Of a stretch of DNA of 64,000 bases, positions 23,516 to 37,345 are shown in pieces. Below the pieces are notes generated by a model that saw only the letters and a list, made by a program, of their open reading frames with translations, was not told the DNA's origin and made no database searches. A program made the translations under genes and the position numbers. The stretch covers positions 61,938,001 to 62,002,000 of the forward strand of contig OX597819.1 of the NCBI GenBank assembly GCA_951406725.2, written 5' to 3'. This DNA comes from Octopus vulgaris. Its lineage: Eukaryota. Each line of letters starts with the position of its first letter. Positions within the stretch are counted from its first letter, which is position 1.

Positions 23516-26500
23516 CGCTTGTATCCAACTTCCTGGTTACTAACATTAAATTACAATATTGCATAATAATAATATCACCCTAGTAAACATTGTGTGACAG
23601 TTTTTTTTTCTATATTGATTTCACTAACCTGTGTTTAACTAACATTACTAAAATATTACTAAAAGCAACATTGTTACTATTTTTTTTTTTTTATAATTTT
23701 TCCTTTATTACTATTGTTTACATAGAAGAAATCTTTATTAGAATAGATTATGTATTTTTGTATTTACAATTTTCAGAGATTATATAAAAAGCAAAAAAAC
23801 TCTGTGAAAGCTAATACATTTGATTTCATGTTTTAATCTCTTCCAACTTCTCAGCTGCTGGCAACACCTAGAATGGCCTTCTTTACTTCATATCTGATAT
23901 ATGACTGTAAACTATGTTGTCTGTATAGGCGCAGGAGTGGCTGTGTGGTAAGTAGCTTGTTTACCAACCACATCGTTCTGGGTTCAGTCCCACTGTGTGG
24001 CACCTTTGGCATGTGTCTTCTACTACAGCTTCAGGCTGACCAAAGCCTTGTGAATGTATGTGTATGTGTGTGTATATGTTTGTGTGTCTGTGTTTGTCCC
24101 CTAACATCGCCTGGCACCTTCGGCAAGTGTCTTCTACTGTAGCTTCGGGCCAACCAAAGCCTTGTGAGTAGATTTGGTAGACGGAAACTGAAAGAAGCCT
24201 ATATATATATATGTGTATGTGTGTGTCTGTGTTTGTCCCCAACTGATGTTGGTGTGTTTATGCCCCCATCAAGAGAGACCGATAGAATAAGTACTAGGCT
24301 TACAAAGAATAAGTCCTGGGGTCGATTTCTTCAACTAAAGGTGGTGCTCCAGCATGGCCGCAGTCAAATGACTGAAACAAGTAAAAGAGTAAAGAGTAAA
24401 AAGAGAGAGTATTTGTATATAACAAGAGAGTTGCTATAGAGTGTGTGTGTTTTTGTTGAATCTTCTACTATAATAATACTCTTGTGTTTTTCTCCATTGC
24501 AACATATGAATGAGAAAGTGTGTGGGTATATGTGAGAAAGTGTGTGAGTGCTCTGTGTGAGTATGTGTGTGTATGTATACAAGGGGAGTATGTGAATGTT
24601 TGTATGTGTTCTTTCAGTAACAAGCGATGATTGATGAAACATCTCAACAGACAACCACTGGATACCATTGACAAGTGGGTTAATTTGATTTACCATCCAT
24701 ATTTACTCTTTACTTGTTTCAGTCATTTGACTGTGGCCGTGCTGGAGCACTGCCTTCAAGCAAATCGACCCCAGGACTTATTCGTTGTAAGTCTAGTACT
24801 TATTCTATCGGTCTCTTTTGCCGAACTGTTAAGTGACGGGGACATAAACACACCAGCATCGGTTGTCAGGTGATGTTAGGGGACAAACACAGACACACAA
24901 ACATACACACACACACACATATATATATACATATTTATACATATATATGATGGGCTTCTTTCAGTTTCCATCTACTAAATCCACTCAAAAGGCTTTGGTC
25001 AGCCCGAGGCTATAGTAGAAGACACTTGCCCAAGGTGCCACGCAGTGGTACTTATCACACAGCCACTCAACACTACAATTAGCCGTCATTTTTAACGGTA
25101 TGGGGCCAGCTAGTGTTATAATAAATACTAAACTTGTACACATCTTTATAGTAGTTGTCATTATGGTTGTGTTCTCCTATGTCATGCCTGATCAAACAAG
25201 CATAAGCATTTGGGTTGTATGATTAGATGTTACACATAGATTCCTTCTTTCAGTGGTTCTCAACTAGGGTACATATGACCCTTGGGGATCCGTACAAGAT
25301 TTTATTGTTAAAATTTATCTGCAGGCATGGTTGTGTGGTAAGAAGCTTGTTTCTCAACCACATGGTTCCGGGTTCAGTCCCACTGAATGGCACCTTGGCT
25401 TAGTGTATTCTAGTATAGCCTTGGACCGATCAAAGCCTTGTAAGGGGATTTGGTAGATGGAAACTGAAAGAAGTCTGTTGTATACATGTATATGTATATG
25501 TATTTATGTGTATATGTGTGTGTATCTTTATATCTGTGTTTGTTCCCCCACCATTGCTTGACAACCGACATTGGTGTGTTTACAATTTATTCTTGTAGTG
25601 ACCACCACTGGGTGAGCAAGGTGGACTCAGTAAGAAAACTGTTGTTACTGTTTATTAATAGTAAAAGTGATATGTTTAAATGGTTTCAAACTTTGGCACA
25701 AGGCCAGCAATTTTAGGGGGAGGGTGTTTACATTGACCCCTCCAGTATTCAATTAGTATTTGTTTTATCAACTCTGAAAGGATGAAACACAAAATCAACC
25801 TTGGTAGAATTTGAACTCAGAATATAAAAAGCTGCAAGAAATATTGGTAAGAATTTTGTCTGATGCATTAACAATTCTGCCCGTATATAATGAATGTGTT
25901 TATAAAATTCTTTCATTCTCCAGGGTTTGTGTTACTAACTTCAGCTCGCACCATTTACTTTAGTGTTGGTCTTTGTTTTAAGGGTTTGCCTTCTTCATTG
26001 TGGATTGGTGAGTGTGCTTTTTAAGTGCTGGGATGGAATTTGGCTCAGAATGTAAAGAACCAGAACAAATAACATTAAACATGCAATCCACCATTCTTAC
26101 CATTCTGCCAGTCACTACCCTAGATTCATGCTTTATTTACTGACTTTGGAAGAACAAAAGGCCAAAGTTGAGCTTGACAGAACTTGACCTCATATTCCTC
26201 TGAGTCAAAAAACTAAAATACTGCAAAGTATTTTATCTGATGCTGTAATGATTCTTGCCAATTCACCATTGCCTTATAATGGAATAGTCTGGAAAATTTA
26301 GGAAACTAAACAAAAAAAAATAATTAGAATCTGCAGAAATAGATTACCAATTTCCTTTTAAACACACACTCTTGATTGTTTGTAGATTATTGTAGGTGTC
26401 ATAGAGGATGTACATGTGTGTGTGTGAATATGTATTTATGTATGTGTTTGTATGTAAATATATATGTGTGTGTAAATATGTAGGAGTGGCTGTGGTAAGT

Positions 26501-26636
26501 AGCTTGCTTACCAATCACATGGTTCTGGATTTAGTCCCACTGTGTGGCACCTTGCACAAGTGTCTTCTGCTATAGCCTCAGGCCGACCAAAACATTGTGA
26601 GTGGATTTGGTAGATGGAAACTGAAAGAAGCCCGTC

Positions 26637-26688
<52 letters not shown>

Positions 26689-29600
26689 ATGTGTGTTGTG
26701 TGTGTGTGTGTATATATTTGTGCATCTGTGTTTGTCCCCACACCATCGCTTGACAACCGATGCTGGTGTGTTTACGCCCTCCGTAACTAAGCGGTTCGGC
26801 AAATGAGACTGATAGAATAAGTACTAGGCTTACAAAGAATAATATGTGTTATATGTGTTTATAAAAACATATCCATATTTTGAGATTTTGATGTGATTTT
26901 TCAGTTTTAGAATGACATGGTAGGGCTAAGGTGAGAGGCAAGATCTGGTCAGTTTCAATATAAAACAGGTTAAATATTTTGGCCGGATATGGCCGGTTTG
27001 AATGCTAAAGGGTTAAAGGTTGCTGTTGAGCACAGTTTAGGTTTTGCAAGCAGCTCCAAATTTTGAAAGAGTTAAATTTATTACATATATGTATATAGAG
27101 GTTTGTGTATGTGTATATATTGTTGCAAACAAAAGTAAAGAAAATTATTATATTTGATAACTTTATTAAATTTGTTTTTGTTTCACACATTATATATTTG
27201 GCTCTTTGCCATTGTTATTGTTTGTTAATAAAATATTTAATCAAGACAAATGGCTTGTTATGTATATTTAGTTTTGATATGCGTTACTTTTTATTTTATT
27301 TATTATGTAATATAATAGAATTGCACAATATAATAAAGCTAATAATGGAATAATAATACATTATGATAGAACAGAAGAATAATACAATATGTTAAGATGA
27401 TAGTAATAATTATTTCAAATTTTTGCCATAAGGGCAGCTTGAAGGATGTGGGACTGAATCGATTACATCAACCCCAGTGCATAACTGGTACTTATTTTAT
27501 CAATCTTCAGGATGCCCTTCCTAACACTAACCACTCCGAGAGTGTAGTGGATGCTTTTTACATGCCACCAGCACAGGGGCCACTCAGGCAGTACTGGTAT
27601 CAACCATGCTCAAATGATGCTTTTTATGTGCCACTAGCATGGGAGCCAGTCAGGCAGTACTAGTACCAACCACGCTCAAATGGTGCTTTTTACACACCAC
27701 TGACATGGGTGACAGTCAGGTGGCACTGGCAATGACTGTTCATAAAAAAGGGTTTTGTGTTCCCAAGCCATATTACAATATCTAAAGCTGCCTTTGTCAA
27801 ACCAGACCATTATTGCATGGTTTGCCTTGACAAAAAATGTCCTACTTATTAAACTTATGGTTGCTTGGAAGTGTAGGACAATGTAAACTCATGCAAAGAC
27901 AGACCTAAAATATGAAAAAACCTTTTGTTACTACATTTCTGTTGAAATACGTTGCTTCTGTGTCAATTTTGAATTTAATGAAAGATGTAGTAAAATATTT
28001 TTGTCATTACTAAACTAGTGTGTGGAGCATAAATTAAAATGGAATTTTAATGGATGATTTTAATTTAGATCACTTTAAAGCTGAGAGTTTATCATAGAAC
28101 CAAGGGTGGTCTCAGACAGGATTAAGGAATTGTGTGCTCAACAATAGCAGTGTATAATGCTTCTGCTAGAATGAGAATGTTGTGGGTTTGTAACTAGGTC
28201 CATAATATCCTATCTTGTTGAAATTGGACTTATAAAGGATTGATCAGATCAGAGATTCATGGACTACTGAGGGGAAGCTGATAATGCTTCATCATGAATA
28301 TGGCAGAAAAGACAAAAGTTAAGAACAAAGGACAAGTTCTCAGTGAGTAGTAAAAGAAAATAGAGTATGGTTGATGTGGTTACTCTGGTTTGGTACAGTA
28401 ACTGCATGGATAGTGTATAGTGTGAACTGGAATGACGAGACATTCCATGATGGATCAATATTGCTGGACACCTCTATAGGGAATGAATGATACTGTTGGA
28501 AAGTGTCCAAATCATTGTCATCTCCAGTTGACATCTGACAAAGGAAGTATCCCACACTGCAAGCTTTTTGTAAAATAATAAAAGAATAATAATACAATTA
28601 TTGAATTATATTATAATATAATAGCATAATAATATAATTTTTGTTCATATACAATACAATAATATAATATAATTGAATAATGATTAGGCCTGTTAATCCC
28701 ACAGGCTTGTTTGTCTTAACCTCATCCCAATTTCTATGGGGAATAAGCAATTAAGAGCACTTTAGCCAAATGGTGTATAAACAGACAAGTATCCCCTAAA
28801 CAGGATGCCAATCCATTGCAGGGTTGACATCCAGATGTTACTGGTACACACAACTGAGTTGGACCAGGGCAATGCAAAATTAAGCATTTTGCTTGCTCTG
28901 GGAATTGAAAACATAACCTTACAATTGTGAGTTCAGCAATCTGACCACTAGGCTTCCATCAGTTGGATTGACCATGTATTTACAGGTGGAAAGTTCCTTT
29001 CCAGAGATCAGATGTAAGAAGGAATTTTGTTTTTTTATATGTAAGATCGGCTGTAAGTTTCCTCTCTCTTTCCTCACCTCTCGTGTTGTCCAAGGGAAAG
29101 CCAAAGGTCAACAGGACTTAGCATTTGTCATTGCAAATAAATTCAGAGCATGAATAACCAGAATAATGGCTCCTAATTTATGCTCAAGGCCAGCAGTTTT
29201 CCAAGGAAAGGGTTAGTTGATACCATCAACCAAAGTACTTGACTGGTACTTTATTTTATTAACTCTGCAACGATGAAAGGCAAAGTTGACCTCAGCAGGA
29301 TTTGAACTTAGAACATAAATAGCCAGAAGAAATACAAAAAGGCATTTTTTCCAATGATCTAACCATTCTGTCAAATCATTACTTTGCCCAGAATATATAA
29401 TGGTTTCTAATTTAGGAACAAGGCCAGCAACTTTGAAGGGCTGGATTTGAACTTTGAACATAAAGGATTAAAAGAAACACCAGATGGCATTTGTTTCCAG
29501 TCTTCCATGAAAACATGTCTGGCCACAAGAAAATATTATCTTGCTTGGAAACAGGTATGGTCTGGCAACAAGAAAGTCTGTCCCAGTGAATTCTACATGA

Positions 29601-31942
29601 CCCATGAAAAAGTGGCTGGTAAAGCGATGATGATTATGGCATAAAGCAGGTGTTTTTCGTCTGTTATAATTCCATTCACATTAAGGATGTTTTAAAAGAC
29701 TATAAAATGATCCTTGCCCTTGAACAGTAATTTTATTTACTCACACTGGGAAGAAGGAAAGTAAAGTTAACTTCAGTAGGGTTCGAGTTCAAATTACTTA
29801 CAGCATTTCACATTATTCAGAATGGAAAGGGATGTAACTAAACACCACAAAGCTTTTTGTCCAGCGTGGCAAAGTATTTAATGACATCACTGGTACCATA
29901 TAAAAAAGTACCTAGTATACTCTGTGAAGTGTTTGGTGCTTGGAAGGGCACCCAACTGTAGAAACCATACCAAAACAGATATTGGGACATGATGCTCTCC
30001 TCTGGCTGGCCTGCTCTTGTGTCAAACCATTCAACCTGTGCAAGCATGGAAAATGGATGTTAGATGACACTGATGTCGATGATGATTGCACAATAATTCT
30101 GCCTTTAGTTACTCAATTATCACCCACTCCCTTTCATTAATTAGCCTGATGAATCTTGTAATTTAAACCAACTATTTATTATTAAAGCAGATAAATGCTA
30201 TGTTGTGTGTAATTAAGATGTTGGCAAATTAAAGTTCTGACCCAGTTTCAATTCCTGGCTGGAAATACTTCATTCCACTAAATACTAAAGAGAAAAATCC
30301 CACCATTGTTGTAATAACAATTTCTCCAGAATTAATTCTTCTTGATGAAGACGTGGTAGAAATGTTAAATTCTGAGTGACCCAAAATACCAGCAATCTTA
30401 GGTGAAGAAGATTAGCTGATACCACTGGCTTCAGTACTTGATTGGTATTTGTTTTGTTAACCCCAAGAGAAGGAAAAACAAAGCTGACCTCTGTGGGATT
30501 TGAATTCAGAATGTAAAACTGTGCTATGCATTTTATCCAACTCAAATCAGTCCTGATAGAGCAGACAGACTTATGATAAGTTCAGTCAAACCAAAACCAT
30601 ACTGTTGTTTCTGCTTGAATAGTATACTTTAGACATTATTCAATGTATCCAGTATTGGAATAACCATTAAGCAAAATAAGCACATGCTTAGGGCATCAAG
30701 GGAAGGAGGAGGCACCATAGAAATGGTAAATGGTTAACAGTACAAAAGAAATCGCTTTAAACTTGCTAAAATAATAATCGGGATGCTTTTATCTCTACTA
30801 AGTATATGCAGATGTGTTACCTAAGATTAATTTTGAGGATCTGATCAAAGACTTTGCAATTCAAAAAATTTTCAAATATAAATAATACTCTTTTACTTGT
30901 TTCAGTCATTTGACTGTGGCCATGCTGGAGCACCGCCTTTAGTTGTGCAAATCAACCCCAGGACTTATTCTTTGTAAGCCTAGTACATATACTATCAATC
31001 TCGTTTGCCGAACCACTAAGTTACGGGGACGTAAACACACCAGCATCGGTTGTCAAGCGATGCTGGGAGACAAACACAGATACACAAACATATACACACA
31101 TATATATATATATATACATATATACGACGGGCTTCTTTCAGTTTCTGCCTACCAAATCCACTCACAAGGCTTTGGTCGGCCCAAGGCTATAGTAGAAGAC
31201 ACTTGCTCAAGGTGTCACGCAGTGGAACTGAACCCAGAACCATGTGGTTGGTAAGCAAGCTACTTACCACACAGCCACTCATACGCCTATAAAATAATGT
31301 AGAAGTATACAAAAATAAACATTATTTTCCCTCTTACTGTTTTGTTTCGTTTTGAAAATAAAAATTTATTTTATGGCTTGTTATTGTTTGGGGCACTGAA
31401 ATCTTTTAAGTGCTTAGGGCTTCGATGGGTCTTAATCCAGCCTTGAATGTACCCTTTCATAAGAGAGCTGTCTTGCAAAAAGAAACATGAATGGTTTGAG
31501 GGAGATTTGATTAGTATTTCTAGCAAGTTAAGTGACCTAGTAGAAGCTCCCTCATTGCCTTGTTATGGAAATGGTTTTAGGAGTAGATAAAGAAAAAAAT
31601 GTGAAAAATGTGTTATGAGGACAATAACATAGTGTTTTGTCATAATTTTATGGGGGTCTTTTTTTTTCTTTATTACTGTGTCATGGTTGGTTGACTTGCT
31701 ACAATGTTGGCTAACTAGAAAAAGTGATCATGGCCCGTTTACTACTATGAATATTTTATTATATATCATGCAAAGACTTAACCCTTGCTCTCTGATACAA
31801 TGGAGAGGAGTTAGGCAAAGTTCACTGCTCTGGTATGAAAAAGACTGTGTTATAAACTTCTTTTGACAAGCTGTAAGACTAATTTTTATTGGCATATTCC
31901 TAGTATAATTCTGATGTATCTTGGGAGGGTCATTATGCCAAT

Positions 31943-32252
31943 AATAAACACACACGCTGGTTCTATTCACTTCTTTATTATTTATTTCCCAATTGGTTAA
32001 CTATTTAACCCAGTTAACTAATCGATCATTTGATTAACTATTTAGTCAGTCAATCAATCAATTAGATTTGTGAAAGTCCTTTTGTTGCTATTCATGATCT
32101 CATCAATAACAGGCTCTCTCTACTCCAGCTCTCATTGAATGATTAATGCAATGAGTAATTAAAAGGATTGATGAGCTAATTGGTTAACTGGTTAACCAGT
32201 TGATAAATAAATGACAAAGAAGTGAAATAGAATCAGTGCATGTTCGTTTATT
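31943..32252. mobile_element. Old MITE with degenerate long TIRs
   Basis: AATAAACACACACGCTGGTTCTATTCACTTCTTT vs AAAGAAGTGAAATAGAATCAGTGCATGTTCGTTTATT. Confidence 0.55.
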
Positions 32253-32466
32253 CGTTTATTTGTTTCAGTCATTTCACTGCGGCCATGCTGGAGCACCGCC
32301 TTTAGACGAGCAAATCGACCCCAGGACTTATTCTTTGTAAGCCTAGTACTTATTCTATTGGTCTCTTTTGCCGAACCGCTAAGTTACGGGAACATAAACA
32401 CACCAGCATCGGTTGTCAAGCGATGTTGTGGGGTGGGGGGACAAACACAGACACACAAACATATAT

Positions 32467-32500
<34 letters not shown>

Positions 32501-32676
32501 GACAGGCTTCTTTCAGTTTCTGTCTACCAAATCCACTCACAAGGCTTTGGTCGGCCTGAGGCTATAGTAGAATACACTTGCCCAAGGTGCCACGCAGTGG
32601 GACTGAACCCGGAACCATGTGGTTGGTAAGTAAGCTACTTACCACACAGCCACTCCTATGCCTAAAAATGTGTGAT

Positions 32677-32790
32677 GCTTACAGCACCTAGGTTTCCCAA
32701 GCGGTCACCCATCTAAGTACTAACTAGGCTCAATGTTGCTTAACTTCGGTGATCAGACAAGAACCGATGCTTTTCAATGTGATATGGCCA
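32677..32790 (-). pseudogene. 5S rRNA pseudogene (diverged, first few nt not matching)
   Basis: reverse complement reads GGCCATATCACATTGAAAAGCATCGGTTCTTGTCTGATCACCGAAGTTAAGCAAC...TTAGTACTTAGATGGGTGACCGCTTGGGAAACCTAGGTGCTGTAAGC, with apparent CpG-decay substitutions; T5 run 8 nt downstream. Confidence 0.9.
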
Positions 32791-33399
32791 TGTGTTTATA
32801 ATTTGTGAAGTGACCCTCCCAAGGTACAACAAATTATGTTTCAACATGAATTCACAACAAGAATCTTTCAGACCAAATAGAAAAAAACGAAATAGTCTTA
32901 GCATTCTCATCTACTTAATGTACTAATTCCAGTGGAGTAAGGTTGACTTTGAACAGCAAGGTTGATCCTGGAAGAATTTGAAACATAGGTATATTTGCAA
33001 TGAAATTAAATAATGTTTGGCATCCAGCTATCCAAAGATCTACCATTTCTGCCAAGTCACTCCTCCAGATCATATCACCAGCCTCTCTCACTCCCTCTGA
33101 AGTCATCATCTTCAATGATTTCAATGTTCAAAACTTCTTTTACTTCTCATGCTCTTAACTTCTATGATGGAGGTATAAATACAGTCTTGGTTTATCTCTG
33201 TGTTGGCAATGCAAAAAAAGAAAAGAAAATGAAATGTCGGGGTGGAGGAAGAAGAGTTGCCTCTCTTGGCTGATGGTGGGGGTGGGGCAGGGCAGTGATT
33301 TAACCCCTTAGCTGCAGCTGACATCAATCCAAGGTTATGATGGAAAGTATCATGTCTTGTTAATCATCCTTTAAACCTTGGGAAGGTCTTGCAGATTAT

Positions 33400-33800
33400 T
33401 ATTGTCCCCGGTATTCTGATCATTTATAGTGTATGAATTAAAAAGTTGCATTCTTACCCCAAGAATCCATATTTTGTTCCAAGTCAGTTGGTATGTATCC
33501 TATTTCTCTAATAAATAATAGTTATGAAACTGAAAGTATATTTTGGGTACTGGATTTGCAAACCTCTTAGCAACGGTCTATAGATGTCCTCTTATATTTT
33601 CCCCACCACATTGGTACCCAAAGCATGCTTTCCTCTCATGGTCCCACACAACAATATCTGGCTATTTTGGTGACTCTCCCTTAATTTTTAAGTTCCGCCA
33701 ATATTTTCTTGACCCACCAACCTCATTATAATCATTTTTATCAACTAGTAATAATTTATTTTTCCCTATTCTGTTCCAGATCATTCTGGTCACAACATCA
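33400..33800 (-). mobile_element. R4/Dong-like non-LTR retrotransposon relic (restriction-like endonuclease region)
   Basis: minus strand gives DVVTRMIWNRIGK and PDIVVWD, heavily decayed. Confidence 0.45.
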
Positions 33801-34254
33801 TAGGAAGATAATATCTAGAGTAAGGTATCTCAACCATTTTTTATCTATGCACCTCTTTGATTAATACTTTGTTCTGGTGGACCCCCATAGCAATCCAATG
33901 TTTAAAAACTAGTTTTATAGAAACTTCTGTCAAAATTCTTATTTTTCATACAGACACTTGTTTAGGTTGAATTATGTAAAACATTAGAAAAAAAAACCAA
34001 GCGGTTTCTTGCAACAGATACCAATACATACATCAAAAGCAAAATTTGTTTTACACTACTACTGTAAATCCCACAATTTACTTTTTTGCTTGTGTTGGCT
34101 CCCTTTCATTACTGCAATATTTTATTGTGATGGACCCTCATTACCATTCAGTGTTTAAAAACTAGTTTTATCAATACTTCTTTCAAGCTTCCTAATTTGT
34201 TTTTCACATGTCAACTTATGTAGGTTGAATTATGTAAACTTCTGGAAGGTTTAA

Positions 34255-34530
34255 CAGATTTTTACAGTTCCAGTGATGGATTGGATCTGTAGTCTTCAAA
34301 TTAGCTTTCTCCTTTCTGGTTTTGAGAAGCCTAATTTCTCAAGATTAGTATTTAGACAGTGTGTTACATATCCAAGGGTCTCAATCATTACAGGTATAAA
34401 CCTGAACTTGTAATGTGAATAGAGTAACTGCAGATTTCTCAATAGCTCAGCGTAGGCATTCTCTTTTTCACTGATCTTCAGCTTTATGTTAACATCCGTT
34501 GAATATAGCTTGTAACGTAACTGATATCCT
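34255..34530 (-). mobile_element. R4/Dong-like retrotransposon 3' end (restriction-like endonuclease C-terminus)
   Basis: minus strand TDVNIKLKISEKENAYAELLRNLQLLYSHYKFRFIPVMIETLGYVTHCLNTNLEKLG...LQIQSITGTVKIC. Confidence 0.65.
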
Positions 34531-36679
34531 CACTGTTTGAGAGACATATTAGGAATGATCTCATGCTAAATAACAACCATCTTTGGCTAGTTTCACCCTA
34601 TTGTGTCCACTGCTGTGATTGGTTGGCATTGGCAGTTTGTCTCTCGACTTATTTCGCACCAGTGTGTAAGCCAACAAATGAACACACAGACACAAACGCT
34701 TGTCGCATGCACACAGACACTCTCTCTTTGTACACTTTGTAAATAAAGTCTTCTCTTCTCTCAAACAGTAGAACGGTTGTCGTCCTCATTCATTCCTTTT
34801 GGCACTGTATTTTATATCATGTATTTGGCTTCTTATTTTGTTAGGGGCGACCGTGCAGCATTAAAAAAGAGACATTTGACACCAACTCCTTACGTATGGT
34901 CGTATTCCCTACAAGCTAATTTCCACAACTGTGTACAGTTTCTCCTCTCTATCCGAAATCATTATATCAGATCTGTTGTGTTGTATGTATGTATGGATAG
35001 GTGGATGGGTGGAGGGAGGGAAGGAATGGGGTGATGACTGATACTCTGTCAGTTACGAGGGTTCCAATTGATCCGATCAATGGAACATCCTGCTTATAAA
35101 ATTGATATGCAAGTGGCTGAGTACTCCACAGACATGCATACCCTTAATGTAGTTCTCAGGGAGATTCAGTGTGACACAGAATGTGACATGGTTGGCCCTT
35201 TGAAATACAGGTACAGCTCATTTTTGCCAGCTAAGTGGACTGAAGCAATGTGAAATAAAGTGTCTTACTAAAGGACACAACGTGTCACCGGGAATTGAAC
35301 TCACGACTTTACGATCGTGAGCTGAATGCCCTAACCACTAAGCCATGTGCCTTCACTGTATGTATGTATGTATGTATGTATGTATGCATTTATATATGTG
35401 TGTATGTATGCAGTTATGTACGTATATATGTATGCATGTAAGTATGTATGCATGCATGTATGTATGCATTTACGTATGTATGTATGTATGTATGTATGTA
35501 TGTATGTATGTATGGGTTTATGTGATCTACTCATGCTTGTATTAGTGTTTACCGGTGTTATGTCAAAAGCGTAACTTAACAATTCGATCAATATGAATCG
35601 ATAAAATAAATACTAAATTCAAACTAGAATTACAACCTCAATATGATCGCAGTCCATTGTCTGAAACCAGTAAAATAATTGCATAATATCTACATTTTGA
35701 CATTGAAGAGAGAGACAGACAGACAAAAACCTCCTGGCTTATCGACGGCCACTTTCATAAACATAACAAACATGTAATAAGATTGTCATAATTCTCTTAA
35801 TTTTATCTCAAGAAATAAAAAAAAAAAACATAACATATGGACTCATTTATTAAATTATTCTTAACGGTCTGAAACAGCAATTAAGATCTTCAGAGTTGTT
35901 TCCCTTGTATCATTTATTCTCGATGAAGTCTACCTTAGTTCTTCACTTTTTTTCAGGGTCGATATAACAAAGTACCAGTCGTGCATTTAAGTCGATGTAA
36001 TCGACCAACCCCATCCCTTTAAAACTGTTAGCCTTTTGCCTAAATCAAAAATCATTATCGAGCTGAAACAATCGTTAGAGCTGTCCGAAAAAATGCTTTG
36101 CTCTTCGGGCTTTTATGCTCCAAGTTCAATTCATTCCGAGGTTGAGTTTGCCTTTCATCTTTCCAGGACTGGCTGATAAAATGAAGTACCATTCAAGCAC
36201 TGAGATCAATGATATCGATTATCCCCCTTCCCTTAAATTTGTTGGCCTTGTGTCAAAATTAGAAGCAATCATTTATTGATATAGAGTCGCAGTGGAACTG
36301 TGTCAGACAAAGCGACGAAACTCTTGTCACGAAATAATGAGCGTTTAAATGAAGTTAACAGTTTTCCATCCATCTTCTCTGACTACTATTCTCGAGGGGA
36401 TCTGAGTTGGGTAGAGTCCTCAAGCATCTCCTCTTATGGTCCTTTCAGAAAGAACGGCCATTATACTTTCGGGGTAGAATTCCAAGCGTGACAAACTGAG
36501 TCTATGGATATTATCCAACAAAATAAAAGAAGAAATGCCGTTAGACAACCGATTGTAGCAACAACTCCATCTAAGAATATTTGAAGAAGGAATATTATTC
36601 CGAAATATCATATCAGACTATGGACGACTAAAGGTATAAAGCCCATTGTCTGTATTATAGAGCATTGTTATACCACTCA

Positions 36680-37130
36680 GAACTTTTTATTCTTTATCCA
36701 ACTATGTCGTTCTTGGTCTACCCTTAGATCTCCTATCAGTTGGCACGGCTTGAAGAATTCTTGCCTGCGATATTCTAATTTCGTATCAGTATTATCGGAG
36801 CTGTGACTTCCCAATGCAGAGAAGCCGTGGCTCGATCTGGAGAGACTCTCTCTCATCTCCCAGCTACGCACCTCGTCGAGTAACCTTACTCTAGACATGC
36901 TTCGGAAGAATTCCATTTCGACCGCTTGTGTTCGTGATCGTAATCGTTTGGTCATTAGCCCAACTTTTATGACTACAGGTGAAAATAGGGACAAAAACCG
37001 AACAGAAGATTGCGAGTTTGACTCTTTTTTTTCTTTTTAATACCCTTTTCGCTTCTGGGGGTCAAATGGTGGAGCCAGCGCATTATTTTGCCAACTTTTG
37101 CAATTCCAGCGTCTAATTCACGCTGCAATC
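36680..37130 (-). mobile_element. Decayed RTE LINE fragment
   Basis: LQRELDAGIAK and MTKRLRSRTQAVEMEFFRSMSRVRLLDEVRSWEMRESL in ORF track, frameshifted. Confidence 0.7.
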
Positions 37131-37134
37131 GCAA

Positions 37135-37345
37135 TTTTGTTATAATATAAAATTTCCAAAAGTTTCGTTTTTGTATTTGGTTTGTAAGATTCTTTATATG
37201 AGTTCGTGTGTTGAAGCACATTCTGTTGTGTCTGGGGAGAGTCATTTTGTTTTTGTGCCTGATAATGTAACACACTCACCGGTAAAATTTCCACTTATTT
37301 TTTATTTTTATTTTCCTAAAATTTTCGTTGCGTCTGGCAGACTCT
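37135..37345. repeat. Unclassified interspersed repeat, second copy at about 42785-42960
   Basis: both copies share TTTGGTTTG...GTGTTGAAGCA...CTGGGGAGAGTCATT...CACACTCACCGGTAAA...TTTTCCTAAAAT. Confidence 0.75.

Noticed and set aside
28340-28535. Minus-strand acceptor followed by ATG and a 64-codon ORF (MSTGDDNDLDTF...)
   Set aside because: No recognisable domain or partner exons; cannot be distinguished from chance.
36330-36660. Possible CR1/L2 3' relic; also an endonuclease-like VIIFNDFNV near 33100
   Set aside because: Similarity too faint to support without a search.
37315-37345. Half hammerhead-like motif on minus (GCAAC-GAAA-AU-UU-UAGG), also near 42935-42960
   Set aside because: The 5' core and helix I partner are absent in both copies.
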